Below are positions 31,089-45,646 of a stretch of 64,000 nt of DNA, one piece after another; position 1 is the stretch's first letter, and every line of letters begins with the position of its first letter. The DNA is from the human T2T-CHM13v2.0 reference genome, Homo sapiens. The position numbers were made by a program, and so were the translations under genes. A model generated the notes under the pieces. That model was not told the origin of the DNA. It was given only the letters and a program-made list of their open reading frames with translations, and did not search any database. The DNA lies in assembly GCF_009914755.1 (NCBI RefSeq), contig NC_060927.1, one strand, 5' to 3'.

Positions 31089-32376
31089 GGAATCTGGATT
31101 TTAAACATACCTCTCTGGGGGCTCATTTATATTAAAGAGTTTGAGGACCATTGTTCTACAGCGTAAAATTACAGGCCCTTCTCCTTTGTCACTGCATTTC
31201 TGTGATGTTTGCGGTGTTAAAAGAAAAAAAAAGGCCCTAGCATATATTACTTTTGTTATCAGAAAAAGACTCTAAGAATTAAAAATGTGAGAAAGAGCAA
31301 CATTTCCCAAACAACTGTAGTTAGTTAGGAATCACATCTGGCTCAGTTATGTCATCAGAATATGGGAAAACAGAGGCCCTCTGAACAAACAAGCCTTTGA
31401 GGCGTTTACTCCAGGTAATTGCATAATTCAAGCCACAGTCGCTGTCTCCTGCCTCCTTCTGTGTGGTTTTCCCTGGAGGTCTTCCTATTCTTCCAAAAGG
31501 AAGGACTCTGGGAAGCCAGGGGCCTGGGGATCTGCATACTTGCTCGGCCCCCTGGTGAGCTGGGGCATCAAAGGGGGAAGCCCAGGGGCTGGGCACACCC
31601 CTCCTGTCTTCCCTCCCATCCCCTTTTAACTCTGATTTCTTGGGAACCAGAGGAACCCAAAGGAAGGGGGACAGGGAAGACCAGGGGAGGCAGTCCTGAC
31701 AGGGAGGTGGAGAATTTTCCTGCATCTATAGTGGGCTGGGCTGCAGTGTGCAGAAAATAACCTCCCCAAACAGCTTTTGTTTCATTTTTGCCCCCTTTCT
31801 CCAAGCCCATGGGCGCCTAGAACAGCTTATCTGGGCCCACGAACATCAAACAAGAAGTTTCCATGGCAACTTAAAACTTCCTCCTCAGCCCTGTATTCAG
31901 TCTAAATCTCCAAGGCCCCTTTTCAAGGCCTCAATGGGGTTTCTGAGCAGCCACCCACAAAACAGCCCTAGGATTAAACCGTGCCCCCCACCTCTCAAAC
32001 ATGCTCTGCAGAAAGGACTCGGGGGTTGGGGGAGAAGAAGCTGTGCTGGCAGAAAGAACCTGTCATGGGATCTGTGGAGAGATTATAAAAGGAATGAGAG
32101 TCGCCTTTACAACAAGTTTGAACCGGGAAGAATTTACCCAGTTGAGGGATTTCAAGCGTGAAAATGGGAAAGTGAGAGGGGGTGGGGAAGAACTTAGAGT
32201 CTTGTTTCTGAAAGCTGGCTCTCCACCCAGCTGCAATTAGACATGGTCAATTTGGTCTCTTAGCTGCAGAAGGACCCTGGGGTACCCCCATCCCCAGTAC
32301 ATTTTAATTCCCTTGTAATCAGACAAGAAGCACAGTGAGTGAATCTATGGATGGTGAGAGGATGTGAGAGGGAGCA

Positions 32377-32440
32377 TGTGTGTGTGTGCGTGTGTGTGTC
32401 TGTTTCTCTGTGTGTGTGTGTATGTGTGCGCGCATGCATG
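32377..32440. repeat. Imperfect (TG)n/(CG)n purine-pyrimidine tract
   Basis: Direct observation. Confidence 0.85.
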
Positions 32441-32499
32441 CAGGAGAACCTGGGCAGACCACAGCTGTCAAACTGAGCAAACTTCATGATTCCTGGCAG

Positions 32500-32688
32500 C
32501 ATAGTTGCTAGATGTACCAAATAAAAATGTCACACATCGAAGTTAAATTTGAATTTCTAATGAGCACCAAATAACTTTTTAGTATAGTCCATGACATAGC
32601 TGGAACATGCTTACACTAAAATATGATTTGTTGTTTCTCTGAAATTCAGATGGAACTGAGTGCCCTGTATTTTATCTGGCAGCCCTAC
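32500..32688. mobile_element. MER53 MITE-like DNA transposon
   Basis: gttaaatttgaatttc...ctgtattttatctggcagcccta terminal inverted structure. Confidence 0.75.
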
Positions 32689-33169
32689 CTGGCAGAGGCA
32701 GGGGTGGAGGCTGCGTCTGCCCCTCTGGCTGCGGAGAAGAAGTATAGTTGCTGATGCCCGCAGGCACCTGGGGAGGTGCCTTTTTGTCCATAGTGCAGAG
32801 AGATGCTTTCCTCCCTTCCAGGAACATGACCTGAGCTCCAGGTAGGATGCAGGTTAACGCCCCTCAAGTGGACTTGAACTACTGGACTGTATTGCCTCCC
32901 AGGCATGGCCAAACAGGAGTTATTCCACAGAGGTGACCCTTCTAGCCCTGTGATTGAGAGCATGGACTCTGGTGCCAACCCGGACCACAATCCTGACTCC
33001 ATTGCTGGACAACTGGGTGACCTTCAACTCTCTGTTTCCTCCTCCCTAAAATGGGGCAGACGTGTTTTTGAGGAACAAAGGAGATATGTTCTGGAGAGCC
33101 CTTCACACCGTGGCTGCCATGGAGTCAGGGCTCTGTAAGTGGCAACTATTATTTTGATAACTCACTTAA

Positions 33170-33526
<357 letters not shown>

Positions 33527-33722
33527 TAGAGTCAGAACAGTCTCAACAGTGTAAAACACACACACACTATGCATAGCAAGGTTTGGAAGGAGGCATTTCC
33601 AAATGTTATGTGTGGCCGCCCGTGGTTAGTGGGATTATGTGTTAGGCCTCCTCCTCTTTAGTCTCAATTTCTCGAAATATCTATGGTGAGCATGTCTTAC
33701 TCTAATATTAAGAAATTATTTT

Positions 33723-34314
<592 letters not shown>

Positions 34315-34991
34315 GTGTTATATTATCTGCTGCATGACTTGAGGCTACTGTTAATGAAAAGAGCCTCTATTTTGGGTCTGAATCTGTAATGTCCTCCTTG
34401 GGGGCTTCTCAACGAAAGGAGTGCTCACCCCTTCAGCACATGGCCAAATTGGCTCCTTACTCCCATTCTCACTTCCTGCCGCTCCCTGTGTGGAGCAGCC
34501 AGAGAGCGGGTCCAGAGGCACACGGTCCTGGTTGGAATCTCAGCTTCACTCTCGATGAGTTGTATGACCTTAGACAAGTCATGTTACCATCTGAGCCTCG
34601 GTTTCCTCATGTTTCCAATAGGGGTTTCCATTACTCTGCTCCCTGAGAGGAGGGGCAGATCTGTTTTATTTATAAATACATCCCTGCACCTTGGAAAACA
34701 GAGGCCAATAAATATTAGCTGGATGAATAAATGAATGAAGGGAGTTGATGAGATGGCAGATGTACAGCAGAGATGGGGTGATCGTTGAGTGCTGACAATC
34801 ATCAGCCATTATTGTGACTATCCTCAGAAGGTGTGCAGACTTTGGCATGGATGGACCGCAGTTTGAATGTGTTTTCTACCTCTTTGTGGGGTAGAAAATG
34901 TTCCTTAGTGGACCATGGGCAAGGTGCTTAAGCTCTCTGAACCTCGGTCTTCTTATCTCTTAAATGGAGATAACAATTGGCAGTGTCCTTC

Positions 34992-35405
34992 TGAGGCAGG
35001 AGAATAGGGTCTGGAGGCAGGGAACATATGGCCGCTTCACGCTGACTTCCCAGAACAGAACGAAATCAAATGGAGACACTTCGGCGATGACAGGAAATAT
35101 CCTCTCCATTTACATAGGGCATGCACCCAGTAAATGACTATATAACTTCACTCCATCCTCTTCATCTACATAGGACGTACACCAAGTAACCGATGGAAAC
35201 CTCTAGAGGGTATTTAAACCCCAGAAAATTCCGTAACGGGGCTCTTGAGGCCCCATGCTCGGCCCCCCTCCCGCCCTGTGGAGTGTACTTTCATTTTCAA
35301 TACATCTTTGCTTTTGTTACTTCATTCTTTCCTTGCTTTGTTTGTGCGTTTTGTCCAATTCTTTGTTCATGACGCCAAGAACCTGGACACCGTCAATGGG
35401 TAACA
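34992..35405 (+). mobile_element. ERV1 solo LTR of the MER4 group (MER61/MER51-like)
   Basis: TGAGGCAGGAGAATAGGGTCTGGAGGCAGGGAAC...gacgccaagaacctggacacc...taACA; 4-bp TSD cttc/cttg. Confidence 0.8.
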
Positions 35406-35769
35406 CTTGTAGAGTGGTGCAGGGAAGGAGCCAGGGATATTAAGTGCTTGTCAGTGCAGCCTCCGTCCCTTTTCCGAGGCCCCGCTCCCTTCCTGGCTCC
35501 TTACCCGCAGGCGTGCAGCCCCTGGAAACACTCCTACGTGTTTGCTATTCTGCGTGGGTTGATAGCTAAGAGGTGAGGGGGAACACAAGGCCTTCAGATT
35601 AGGGAGACCCCCTCCGCAGCTTTGAGAGACGATCGAGAACTGGGTGGGGACACTTAGGGTGGCGTGCTTTGTAGGGAAATCGCCGGAGCTGGGATTGGAA
35701 ATCAGATTCGTCTGATGATAAAGCTACTCCTTCTCTGCCTGTCCCGCCTCAGCAAGATTTCAGACCCTC

Positions 35770-36130
35770 CTTTAGGAAGGCGCCGCCAGTCCTGAAGTTT
35801 GGGCCAGTTCTCGCTTTGGGACTTGGAGAACTGTGGTTCCAGTAACTGGGTGGCGGGATCTCCCCCAGGCGGGGCTTAAGCGGGAAGGGCGAGCAGTTCC
35901 AGAGCGGGCCGCGCGGGGCGCGGGGACAGGCACCGCCGCTGCAGACGCGGCAGCTGGTTTGCCTCGCGCTTTTGGCTCCAGCGGTCGGCAGGCAGGCCTA
36001 CGGGTGGGGCGAGCTCCTTGCCCAAGGCAGAGGGTAGCTGGCCCGTGAGCCCAAGTCCCTTGACGCTTTGTAATCACGGACCTCCACAGTGCAGGACCCC
36101 AGCACGAGATAGCGTTTCACCTCCTCCAAA
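35770..36130. promoter_or_regulatory. Small CpG-rich island, candidate promoter or enhancer
   Basis: Dense CpG (gcgggccgcgcggggcgcgggg) and GC boxes; no repeat signature. Confidence 0.55.
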
Positions 36131-36840
36131 CGTCTCTCTCCAAGGAGAGTCGGGAGGAAAATACCCCAAATGCTTACCGGGGCTTTGCTTTCTCTTTTTT
36201 TCCCCCCTACATCCCTGTATTCTCCGAATTATTTGGACACTGGTCATATATTAGGTTAACTTCATTTTTCTAAATAAAAAGGCTTATTTCCTGAATAGAA
36301 AAGAAACACGTGCTTACTGCAAACAAGCAAACAAAAAGATGGAAGAGAAAAAGCACCTATCATCCAACCCCCAACCTTAAGAAATGAAACCACCCAGTGT
36401 TTCCTTCCAAATAGTTGCATGCACACATATAGAAAGGCAGTTGCTCTCCTAGATCTGCCTTCCCTTCCCCTCCCCACCTTGTGTCATGCCTCACTGGACA
36501 GCAGACCTCCTTCAACCGCGCTGCCGGGCTCCAGTTTCTTTATGCCTGATTGCCTGCTACTCGAGTCGTGCCCATTTTCCTCTCTCCTGGCCCAAACTTC
36601 CTGCGCCTACAGCCGCCTTCAGGCACTTGTGTGAGTCTCTGTTTAAGAGATCAGCCAGGAGGTGGAACCTCACAGGACTTCTGTGGTCAAGAAACTGTGT
36701 GAGCGTGTTCTCACACATAGGAAGAAAGCAATGTATGTCATAGATCCCCAAAAGGATGAATGCAGGAAGAGGGAAGGAACAAAGGAAGGAAAGAAAGGCA
36801 GAAAGGAGGAAGAAAAAAAAAGTAATTAAAAAGAATGACG

Positions 36841-37095
<255 letters not shown>

Positions 37096-37129
37096 AAAAA
37101 GAATGACGGAAGGTTAGGAAAGAAGCAGA

Positions 37130-37640
37130 GCAACGAAGCAGAGGCGCCCAGCGGCGGACTGGCCAGGGACTGAGCGCCGTGCACCACAGAGCCCTCCTCG
37201 CCCACTTCCCGCGGCGAGGGTGGCGTTGCTCCCACTTACCCGACCGGAGCAGCACAGCCCGGTAGAGCCCGGTGGCATCGGAGGGCCCCCGGGCCCACTC
37301 GCCCAGCCTCTGCGCCATGCCCCCGCGCCTCCTACTGCAGAGCCAGCACTGCTGGCCCCGCGAGCGCACAGCAGGAGCGTAGTCCGGAGCCGAAGCGCCT
37401 CCGCGACGGTGACGCGGCCCCAAGTCCCAAACCCCGCTGAGGGTCAAGTTACGGCGGCGGCCGGAGGGGCGGGCGAGGAGACGCCGCCGGGGGAAGGAGG
37501 GGGGCAGGGGCCAGGGCAGGTGTCCGCGCCCAGGTAGCAGGCAGGGCGCGGGTGAACGTCTGCAGTGAGGACTCCTAGCCCCGAGGTTCCAGGGCCAAGG
37601 CGAGAACACAGTGTCCTGACTTCCAGCCTCGGTCTCCCAC
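37130..37640. promoter_or_regulatory. FAM107A: CpG island; upstream FAM107A promoter
   Basis: Very high GC and CpG density, Sp1 boxes (ggggcggg), surrounds a coding first exon. Confidence 0.85.
37240..37318 (-). CDS. FAM107A: FAM107A alternative first coding exon MAQRLGEWARGPSDATGLYRAVLLRS (172-aa isoform)
   Basis: GGCATGG Kozak context; 79 nt ending TCGG|gtaagt; phase 1 joins G|CC GCC ATG in frame. Confidence 0.85.
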
Positions 37641-37853
37641 CTACTCTTCTGCTTTCTTTGGCCGCTGGCCTTGTTGATGCTACCAGCATGGGGTTCTGAA
37701 GCGCCATACCTGGGATCAGGTCCCACCACCACCATTAAAAGCTGTGTGTCCCCACGATTTAGTTACCTAACCTCGCAGAAACTCAGTTTCCTCATCTGTA
37801 AAATCGGAATAACCAGAGTACTTTCCTCACATGGTTGTGAGGTTAATCAGCTT

Positions 37854-37856
<3 letters not shown>

Positions 37857-37896
<40 letters not shown>
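37857..37896. repeat. (TG)n microsatellite, ~20 units
   Basis: Direct observation. Confidence 0.95.
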
Positions 37897-37898
<2 letters not shown>

Positions 37899-39084
37899 CC
37901 CAGAACAGAGGCTGGTGCAGAACAAACACTATACAGTATACACTGGTACTTTAAAACATGTCACAAGTATCGTGGGGTGGGTGGCACTGAGAGGCAGGGT
38001 CTTTGCTGGGTGTGAAGGTTGAGGGTGGAGGCCTATGGAACTCCACCAGATTGCTTTCTCTGGCTTTGTGGAGTGTCTGTAACAATCAGAGATGAGTGGG
38101 CCAATCAGGTCTAAAGGTGGGAGGTGCCAGGCTCACCAGGGGGCTTCAGGAGATACAAGAAGCTGGCAATTTTGAGGATCTATTCTGTGTCTGGTGCTAA
38201 GTTTCTTCTAAAACAAAAACTCATGTTAATTGTGTGCTTCATGTTCTGTTTCATTTAATCTTCATAATCCTATGAAGCAGGGTCTATTAACATTGCAAAT
38301 AAGAAAAAACAGAGACTCAGAGGGGTGATGCAACTTCTCTGAAGTCACACAGTGTAGGGCTGGGATACATGAACGCAGGTGGTCCGACTACAGACCTTGG
38401 CCACCTGCTCTTCTGCCTGTCTGCTATCTCATTCACTCGTCACAACAGCCCTGAAGGGTGGGTATTCCCTCCAGTTTACAGGTGAGGTCGTTGAGACTTA
38501 GGCAGGTGAGGTGGCTTGCACAACCAAGACCCAATCCAGTTCTCAGCCCACAAAACTTAAGCCCCTGAAATCTAGAGATTCCTGGAGCTGTCCAGGGTAC
38601 TGGATGGCCTCTGTTCAAGGCTGTGTCTGAAAGAGCCAGGGAATCTTGAGCTGACTGTTGTGGTCTCAGCCACACAGTACCACCTCCCTTTGCGGCCTGT
38701 TACCAGCCTTGGTACCTTCAAGGCCAACTGTTGGCCAAACTCTCTTTGGTTGGCCCATGGCCACTGCCCAGATCCAGCTTCTGCTCTGACTCAGGGGTCC
38801 TGTACCTCTCTGCTCCCCAGACACCATCCAGTGTCCTGAAAGCCCATCTGCCACACCTCAGATGCCAATCAGGGGCCCAAGGTGACACTTGATCTTTGGA
38901 GGCCTCATTGATTGGCCAGACTGATCATGTCTGTCATCAACAACCAGCCTTCAGGAGTGCCAGGCATGATGGCAGATATTTGGCATTCACTGTATTATAT
39001 CCTTTCTTCAGAGGATGAAATTATATCCAATTTACAGTTCACCTCATTTAATCCACTCAATAGCTCTTTGATCAAGCTATGGTT

Positions 39085-39327
39085 CTTTCTTTCTTTATTT
39101 TTTTATGGCTCACTGCAACCTCCACCTCCTGGGTTCAAGCAATTCTCCTGCCTCAGCCTCCCGAGTAGCTGGGATTACAGGTGCACGCAACCGCAACTGG
39201 CTAATTTTGTATTTTTAGTAGAGAAGGGGTTTTGCCATGTTGGTCTCGAACTCCTGACTTCCAGTGATCCACCTGCCTCAGCCTCTCAAAGTGCTGGGAT
39301 TACAGGCATGAGTCACCATGCCCGGCC
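39085..39327 (-). mobile_element. Partial Alu
   Basis: Antisense Alu with deletions. Confidence 0.85.
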
Positions 39328-39583
39328 TCAAGTGATGGTTATGCCCCTTTTACAGTTGAGGAAATACGGCACAAGTGACTTGCTCGAGATCACATAATGA
39401 GTTGGTAGTGGAGCCAGAATTTGAACCCAGATGGTGCCAGAACTTATGCTGCAAGGGAGAAACCAAACCAGCTGTGGAGCAAAGTGGGACTCAGGGAAAT
39501 TGTGGCCATGGGATGTACTTTTGTGGAGTATCTGAAGGGATGGACTCTGGCCGCACCCAGGAATTCTAGCGGGTCTGACTTAC

Positions 39584-39647
39584 CTGAGCCATTTCGTCTC
39601 TGCTTCTCATTTTCACTATGAAATCTGGCCTGAGGAGAGTATGTTTT
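39584..39647 (-). CDS. FAM107A: FAM107A alternative internal coding exon KTYSPQARFHSENEKQRRNGS
   Basis: Acceptor tttctttctgtttacag, donor CAG|gtaagt; 64 nt open frame joining in frame to the canonical ATG exon; needs an upstream start exon that I did not find in the window. Confidence 0.75.
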
Positions 39648-39869
39648 CTGTAAACAGAAAGAAAGTAGGTGGAGTTGAGGACCCTTGGTTCTTTGGCTGA
39701 GGGAGGGGTGATATATTCACAATGTATCTGAGTCTTTTGGCCACTGAAGGGACTGGTCAGAGTCAAAGTCCTCTCCAGAGAAAGAAATTACCATAGTCTT
39801 TGGAATGGATGTGTGTGTGTGTGTGTATGTGTGTGTGCCCACATGCGTATTTATGAGACTCATGCTCTT

Positions 39870-40235
39870 TTTTAAAAAATAAACTTTATTATTTTTAAAA
39901 ACAGTTTTAGATTTAGGGAAAAGTTAACAAGATAGTACAGAGAGTTCTCTTATACTCCACACCCAATTTCCCTGTTATTAACACCTTACATATATGCAGC
40001 TGTACATGTGAGTTGTATGGTGCATTTGGTACAATTAATAGACCATATTGATGCATTATTACTAACTAAAGTGCATACTTTATTCAGATTTCCTGAGTTT
40101 TTACCTAATGTCCCTTTTCTGTTCCAGGATCCCTCCAGACTACTACGTCACATTCAGTCATCATGTCCCCTCTGGCTGCCTTGGCTGTGACAGTTTCTCA
40201 GACTTTCTTTGTTTTGGATGACTCGCACAGTTTCT
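39870..40235 (-). mobile_element. L1MC-like 3' fragment
   Basis: acagttttagattta...tcccttttctgttccaggatccc typical of L1MC in antisense. Confidence 0.65.
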
Positions 40236-40844
40236 TAGAGTCCTGAGGCCCATATTCTTTTAGGTTGAGCTCACGCCCATGCTGTTCCTTTGGCCTGGAC
40301 TGCCTTCTTCTTACCTTCCTGGCAAAGTCCTCATTCTTCAAGGGCCAAGTCAGAAGGCTTCAGGGCTTGGTCCTTAGGGCCAGTTCTTGGACATCTTCTC
40401 TTCTCTCTTTACACTCTCAGAGCTTTAAAGAGAACTCTAAGCCAACATTCCCCTAATACATTATATATTTTCAATCTTGACTGTGCTTCTGAGCTTTGAC
40501 CTTGTCCAATCAGCTACCTGACATCTCCACTTGAAAGTCTAATAGGCACCTGAAACTCACCATGGCCCAAACAGAACTCTTGACACCCCAAGCCTCCAAC
40601 ATGTGCCTCCCCTGTCTCCCAGATCTCAGCACATGGCTCTACTCTGACCCTGTTGCTCAGACCAGGAGGCTGGGAGTCTTCCTTGCCCTGTCTTCCTGCA
40701 ACCCCACAGTTGTCTGATCTTCCAAGCCTGGTGAGTCCACCTTCCAATGAATTTCTGGAGTCCATCCACTTCTCCCAGGCCTCCATGCCACCACCTTAGC
40801 CTGAGTACCACTGAATGCCTGGATACCAACAGTAATTTGTTCTC

Positions 40845-41215
40845 TGTATTAGTCAGTTTTCACACTGCTATAAAGATACTACCTGAGACTGGGTAATTTA
40901 TAAACAAAAATGTTTAATTGGCTCACAGTTCCAAATGGTTGGAGAGGCTCCAGGAACTTATAATTATGGTGAAAAGTGAAGGGGAAGCAAGGCATATTTT
41001 ACATGGCAGCAGGAGAGACAGAGAGAGAGTGCACGCAAGGAAGTGCCACACTTTAAAGCCATCAGCTCTTGTGAGAACTCACTCACTGTCACGAGAACAG
41101 CATGGGGGAATCTGCCCCCATGATCTAATCACCTCCCACTAGGTCCCTCCCTTGACATGTGGGGATTGCAATTTGAGATGAGATTTGGGTGAGGACACAG
41201 AGCCAAACCATATCA
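40845..41215 (-). mobile_element. MSTA-like solo LTR within L2 sequence
   Basis: tgtattagtcagttttcacactgctataaag...caaaccatatca; TSD ttctc/ctctc. Confidence 0.88.
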
Positions 41216-42748
41216 CTCTCCTTCAAGTCGTTCTCCACAAAGACTCCAGATTGAGCTTTTAAAGCGTAACTCAGACCCTGATTCTGCCCTCCTTGGAACC
41301 CTTCTGTGTCATGTTTTCCCTTTGCATTGGGGACTCAAACCCACATGCCTTCACCAGGCCTACAAGGCCTCTGCAGCCTGGCTTCTCCCTGTGAGCCTCT
41401 CAAATTCCATCTGTTTGTTCCTTCCACTGTGCAAGGGCTTGGATACCTCAGTGAACACAACAAAGGCCTCTGTTCTTGCAGCGTTCACGTTCACATTCTA
41501 GAGTGGGAGATAGACAGTAAGCATGATGAATAAGTAAGGTAGACAGTGTGGAAGGAGAACAGAGAGACGCTGGGAAAAAGGGAGTGTAGAGAAGGGAAAG
41601 GGGGTGGCTGGTGGCAAGTGGGGACCACCTGTGGTCATAAATAGATGCTCAGTTCAGACAGGTCTCAATGGGAAGATGAGACATGGACATAGACTTGAAA
41701 GAAGCTGGGAGTTAGCCAAGCAGATGTCCTGGGGCAGGGTCAGCGGTTAATGCAAAGGTTCCGAGCTGGGCTGTGCCCGGCATATTCAGGAGCAGCAAGG
41801 AGGTCAGGGTGGCCGAAGTGGAGGGAACACTGGGGCAGTCACATGAGAGAAGGTCAGTGAGGAGACAGGGGCCAACTTCCTCCATGCCTCATACTCCAAC
41901 CACTGAGAACTCTCTGGGTTCCCTGAAAGCCATGGCTTCTCTCAGCTGCCAGCTTCTGCAGGAACTGTTCCCTTCACCTGGGAAGCTCCCGCATTCTGCC
42001 TGGCTCACTCCTTCTCATCCTTTAGGTCTTGGCAGAAATGCTACTTCCTCAGGGAGGTGCCCCTCAACCACGTGCTCCCGTAGCATGCAGACTTCCCCTA
42101 TGTTAATACTTCCCACCTAATTATGACTCTTTCAGCCCTGCTTCCTTCACCATACTGTACTCGCCTTGAAGAGGGATTGGGTTCTATTCACAGCTGTCTC
42201 CCCAGGGCCCAGCCTGGAGCTGTGCTTGGAGTGGACATTCAATAAAGACTTATTGAGGGAATGAATGAATCAGTGAATGAGGGAATGCAGCCACATAAAG
42301 GCCTCTGTGCTGTATGGGAAAGTGGGTAATTCCCCAGAGAGTGAGTCAGGGCCAGAACCAGGGGAGGCCTCAGCTGTGGCCTGCTCAGGGATGATCAGGG
42401 TGAACAGAATTGCCTGGGGTCCTGGTGTTTCCCCTGGGGGTTCCAATTTTGAACTCCACCACCAAGGAGGGGATAGAAGAGGGAGAGTGTTCGTGGTTTG
42501 GAAGTATCTTTTGTGTTTTTTAATGAAAGGCTTAAGGGAGCAAGTAACCTTAATCTGTGGAAGAAAATTTCAAGACATAGAAAATGGACCTAGTCTAGAG
42601 AATCCAGAAGGGATCTAAGCTGCTGCTCAGCTCTCTTCACACAGACCTGGGAAGTTGGGCTGGGTCCCAAGGGCAACATTAGCATCACAAAGCCAGAATT
42701 TCAGAAGAAGCAGCTCCCAGACCTGGAGTTCAAAGAAGTGTTCCTTGC

Positions 42749-45646
42749 CTCAGGGATTTGACCCTGCCTAGGACTGGCAAATTGACTTTACTCACATGCC
42801 CCGAGTCAGGAAACTAAAATACCTCTTGGTCTAGATAGACACTTTCACTGGATAGGTAGAGGCCTTTCCCACAGGGTCTGAGAAGGCCACCGCGGTCATT
42901 TCTTCCCTTCTCTCAGACATAATTCCTCGGTTTGGCCTTCCCACCTCTATACAGTCCGATAACGGACCGGCCTTTATTAGTCAAATCACCCAAGCAGTTT
43001 CTTAGTCTCTTGGTATTCAGTGGAAACTTCATACCCCTTACCATCCTCAATCTTCAGGAAAGGTAGAACGGACTAATGGTCTTTTAAAGACACACCTCAC
43101 CAAGCTCAGCCTCCAACTTAAAAAGGACTGGACAGTACTTTTACCTCTTGCCCTTCTCAAAATTAGAGCCTGTCCTCAAGATGTTACAGGGTAAAGTCCA
43201 TTTGAACTTTTATATGGACGCACTTTCTTGCTGGGCCCCAATCTCATCCCAGACACCAGCCTTCTAGGCAACTATCTTCCAGTCCTCCAGTAGGCTAGAC
43301 AGGAAATTCATCAGACTGCTAATCTTCTCTTGCATACTCCAGATTCCCAGCCTTATAAAGACACCCTAGCTGGACAATCAGTTCTTAAGAATCTGACCCC
43401 TCAAACTCTACAACCTCGGTGGACCGGACCCCACTCAGTCATCTATAGTACTCCAACTGCCTTCTGCCTGCAGGACCCTCCCCATTGGGTTCACCGTTCC
43501 AGAATAAAGCTGTGTCCATTGGACAGCCAGCCTGATCTCTCCTCTTCCTCCTGGAAGTCGCAAGTGCTCTCCCCTACTTCCCTTAAACTCACTCGCATTT
43601 CTGAAGAGCAGTAATAACGCTTATGAGCCTAATACATCCCTTCATTCTATTAGGTCTATTCGTCCTTACCCTACTTTTTGCAACAGGGCTTTATACAGTC
43701 ACCCCCACTACTTGGACTGCACCCCAAAAACTTGTCATCCCTACTATCTGCTGTCTAGTCATACTCCTATTCACCATTCTCAACTACTTGTAAATGCCCT
43801 GCCCTTGTTTACACTGCCGGTTTACACTTTTCCTCCAAACCATCATAACTGATATCTCCTGGTTTTACCTCAAACAACCACCCTTAAGTCTCTCTTGAAG
43901 CGGATAGAAGATCTTCAGTGGCAAGGTACACTCCAATTCTTCTATCCTGACGAAGTCCTTTTTTTTTTTACTTTTCTACTCACTCTTATCCTTGCCCCTG
44001 TTCTCCAGTCGCTCCCTACCCTTCCCTAATTACCTCTAACATACTATCAATCTCACTCACTCCCTCCTCACCATTTCTAATTCCTCCTTAGCGAACAATT
44101 GCTGGCTTAGCATTTCCGTTTCTTCCTGCTCTTACACAGCCGTCCGCGCCCTACAGGTTGACTGGACTACCTCTCCCTCTCCCTGCACCTCCGAACCTCC
44201 TTTAATAGCCCTCATCTTTACCTGCCTGAGGAACTTCTTTACTTTCTGGATGGATTTGTTGAGAACTGCCCAGACATTTCGCACCAACAAGCTGCCACAC
44301 TTATCCGCATCTACTTACGGCACCTTTCTCCTTATGTCAGTTCCACCCCTCCCCCCCACCATATTTGGACCCCTCACAACACAAACTACTATCCCTGTTT
44401 CCTCTCCTTTGTGCATCTCTCGGCAAAGACCCACCAGAATTCCCTTAGGTAACCTTTCACCTTCTCTATGCTCTTTCCCTCTTCATCTCCAAAGCCCAAC
44501 TATGGACATTACCAAAACCATTAGGGGCTTTTCAGCTCCGCATTACAGATAAGCCCTGTGTCAATACTGACAAACGTAAAAACATTAGCAGTTACTATTG
44601 CTTAGGAAGACATTTGCCCTGCATTTCATTCCATCCTTGGCTACCTTCCCCTTGTTCTTTGGACTCTCCTCCCAGCCCCTCTTCTTGTTTACTTGTACCC
44701 AACCTCATGAATAGCAGTGAAAGATTGCTTGTAGGCACTTTCTCATACACCATGAAAATCAAACCTCCCCCTCTACCCAGTTGCCCCATCAATCCCCAGT
44801 ACAACCTCTAACGGCAGCTGCCCTCGCTGGATCCGTAGGACTCTGGGTGCAAGACATCTCTTTTGGTGCTCCCTCTCATCTTTTCACTTTACATTTCCAG
44901 TTTTGCCTTACACAAGGTCTCTTCTTCCTCTGTGGCTTCTCCACCTATATGTGTCTACCTTGTTAATTGGACAGGCACATGTACACTAGTTTTCCTTACC
45001 TCCCAAAATCAATTTGCAAATAGGTCCGAACAGCTTCCTGGTCCCCTGATGACACCAACACTTCACTGTTGTTTTGTTTTTCTTATTAATATAAGAAGAC
45101 AGGAATAGGCCTCCACTTACTCACTGCTGAAAAAAGAGGACTGTATATTTTCAAATGAAGAGTGTTGTTTTTACCTAAATCAATCTGGCTTGATATATGA
45201 CAACACAAAAAAACTCAAGGATAGAGCCCCAAAACTTGCCAACCAAACAGATAATTACACTGAACCCCCTTGGACACTCTTTAATTGGATGTCCTGGGTC
45301 CTTCCAATTCTTAGTCCTTTAATACCTGTTTTCCTCCTTCTTTTATTTGGACCTTGTGTCTTCCGTTTAGTTTCTCAATTCATACAAAACAGCATCCAGG
45401 CCATCACCAATCATTCTATATGACAAATGCTCCTTCTAACAACCCCACAATATCACCCCTTACCCCCAAATCTTTCTTCAGTTTAATCTCTCCCACTCTA
45501 GGTTCCCACACCCCCCCAGTCCCACTCGAAGCAGCCCTGAGAAACATCGCCCATTATCTCTCCATACCACCCCCAAAAATTTTCACCGCCCCAACCCTTC
45601 ACCACCATTTTGTTTTGTTTTTCTTATTAATATAAGAAGACAGGAA
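42749..45646 (+). mobile_element. HERV-H internal sequence, 5'-truncated: decayed integrase and env
   Basis: Integrase text DWQIDFTHMPRVRKLKYLLV and QSSGKVERTNG with in-frame stops; integrase C-terminal ORF 43330-43614; env TM remnant ORF 45190-45423; PPT at 45634-45646. Confidence 0.93.

Noticed and set aside
43330-45423. HERV-H pol and env ORFs as functional genes
   Set aside because: Fragmented by stops and frameshifts, no 5' LTR, fusion peptide region apparently deleted
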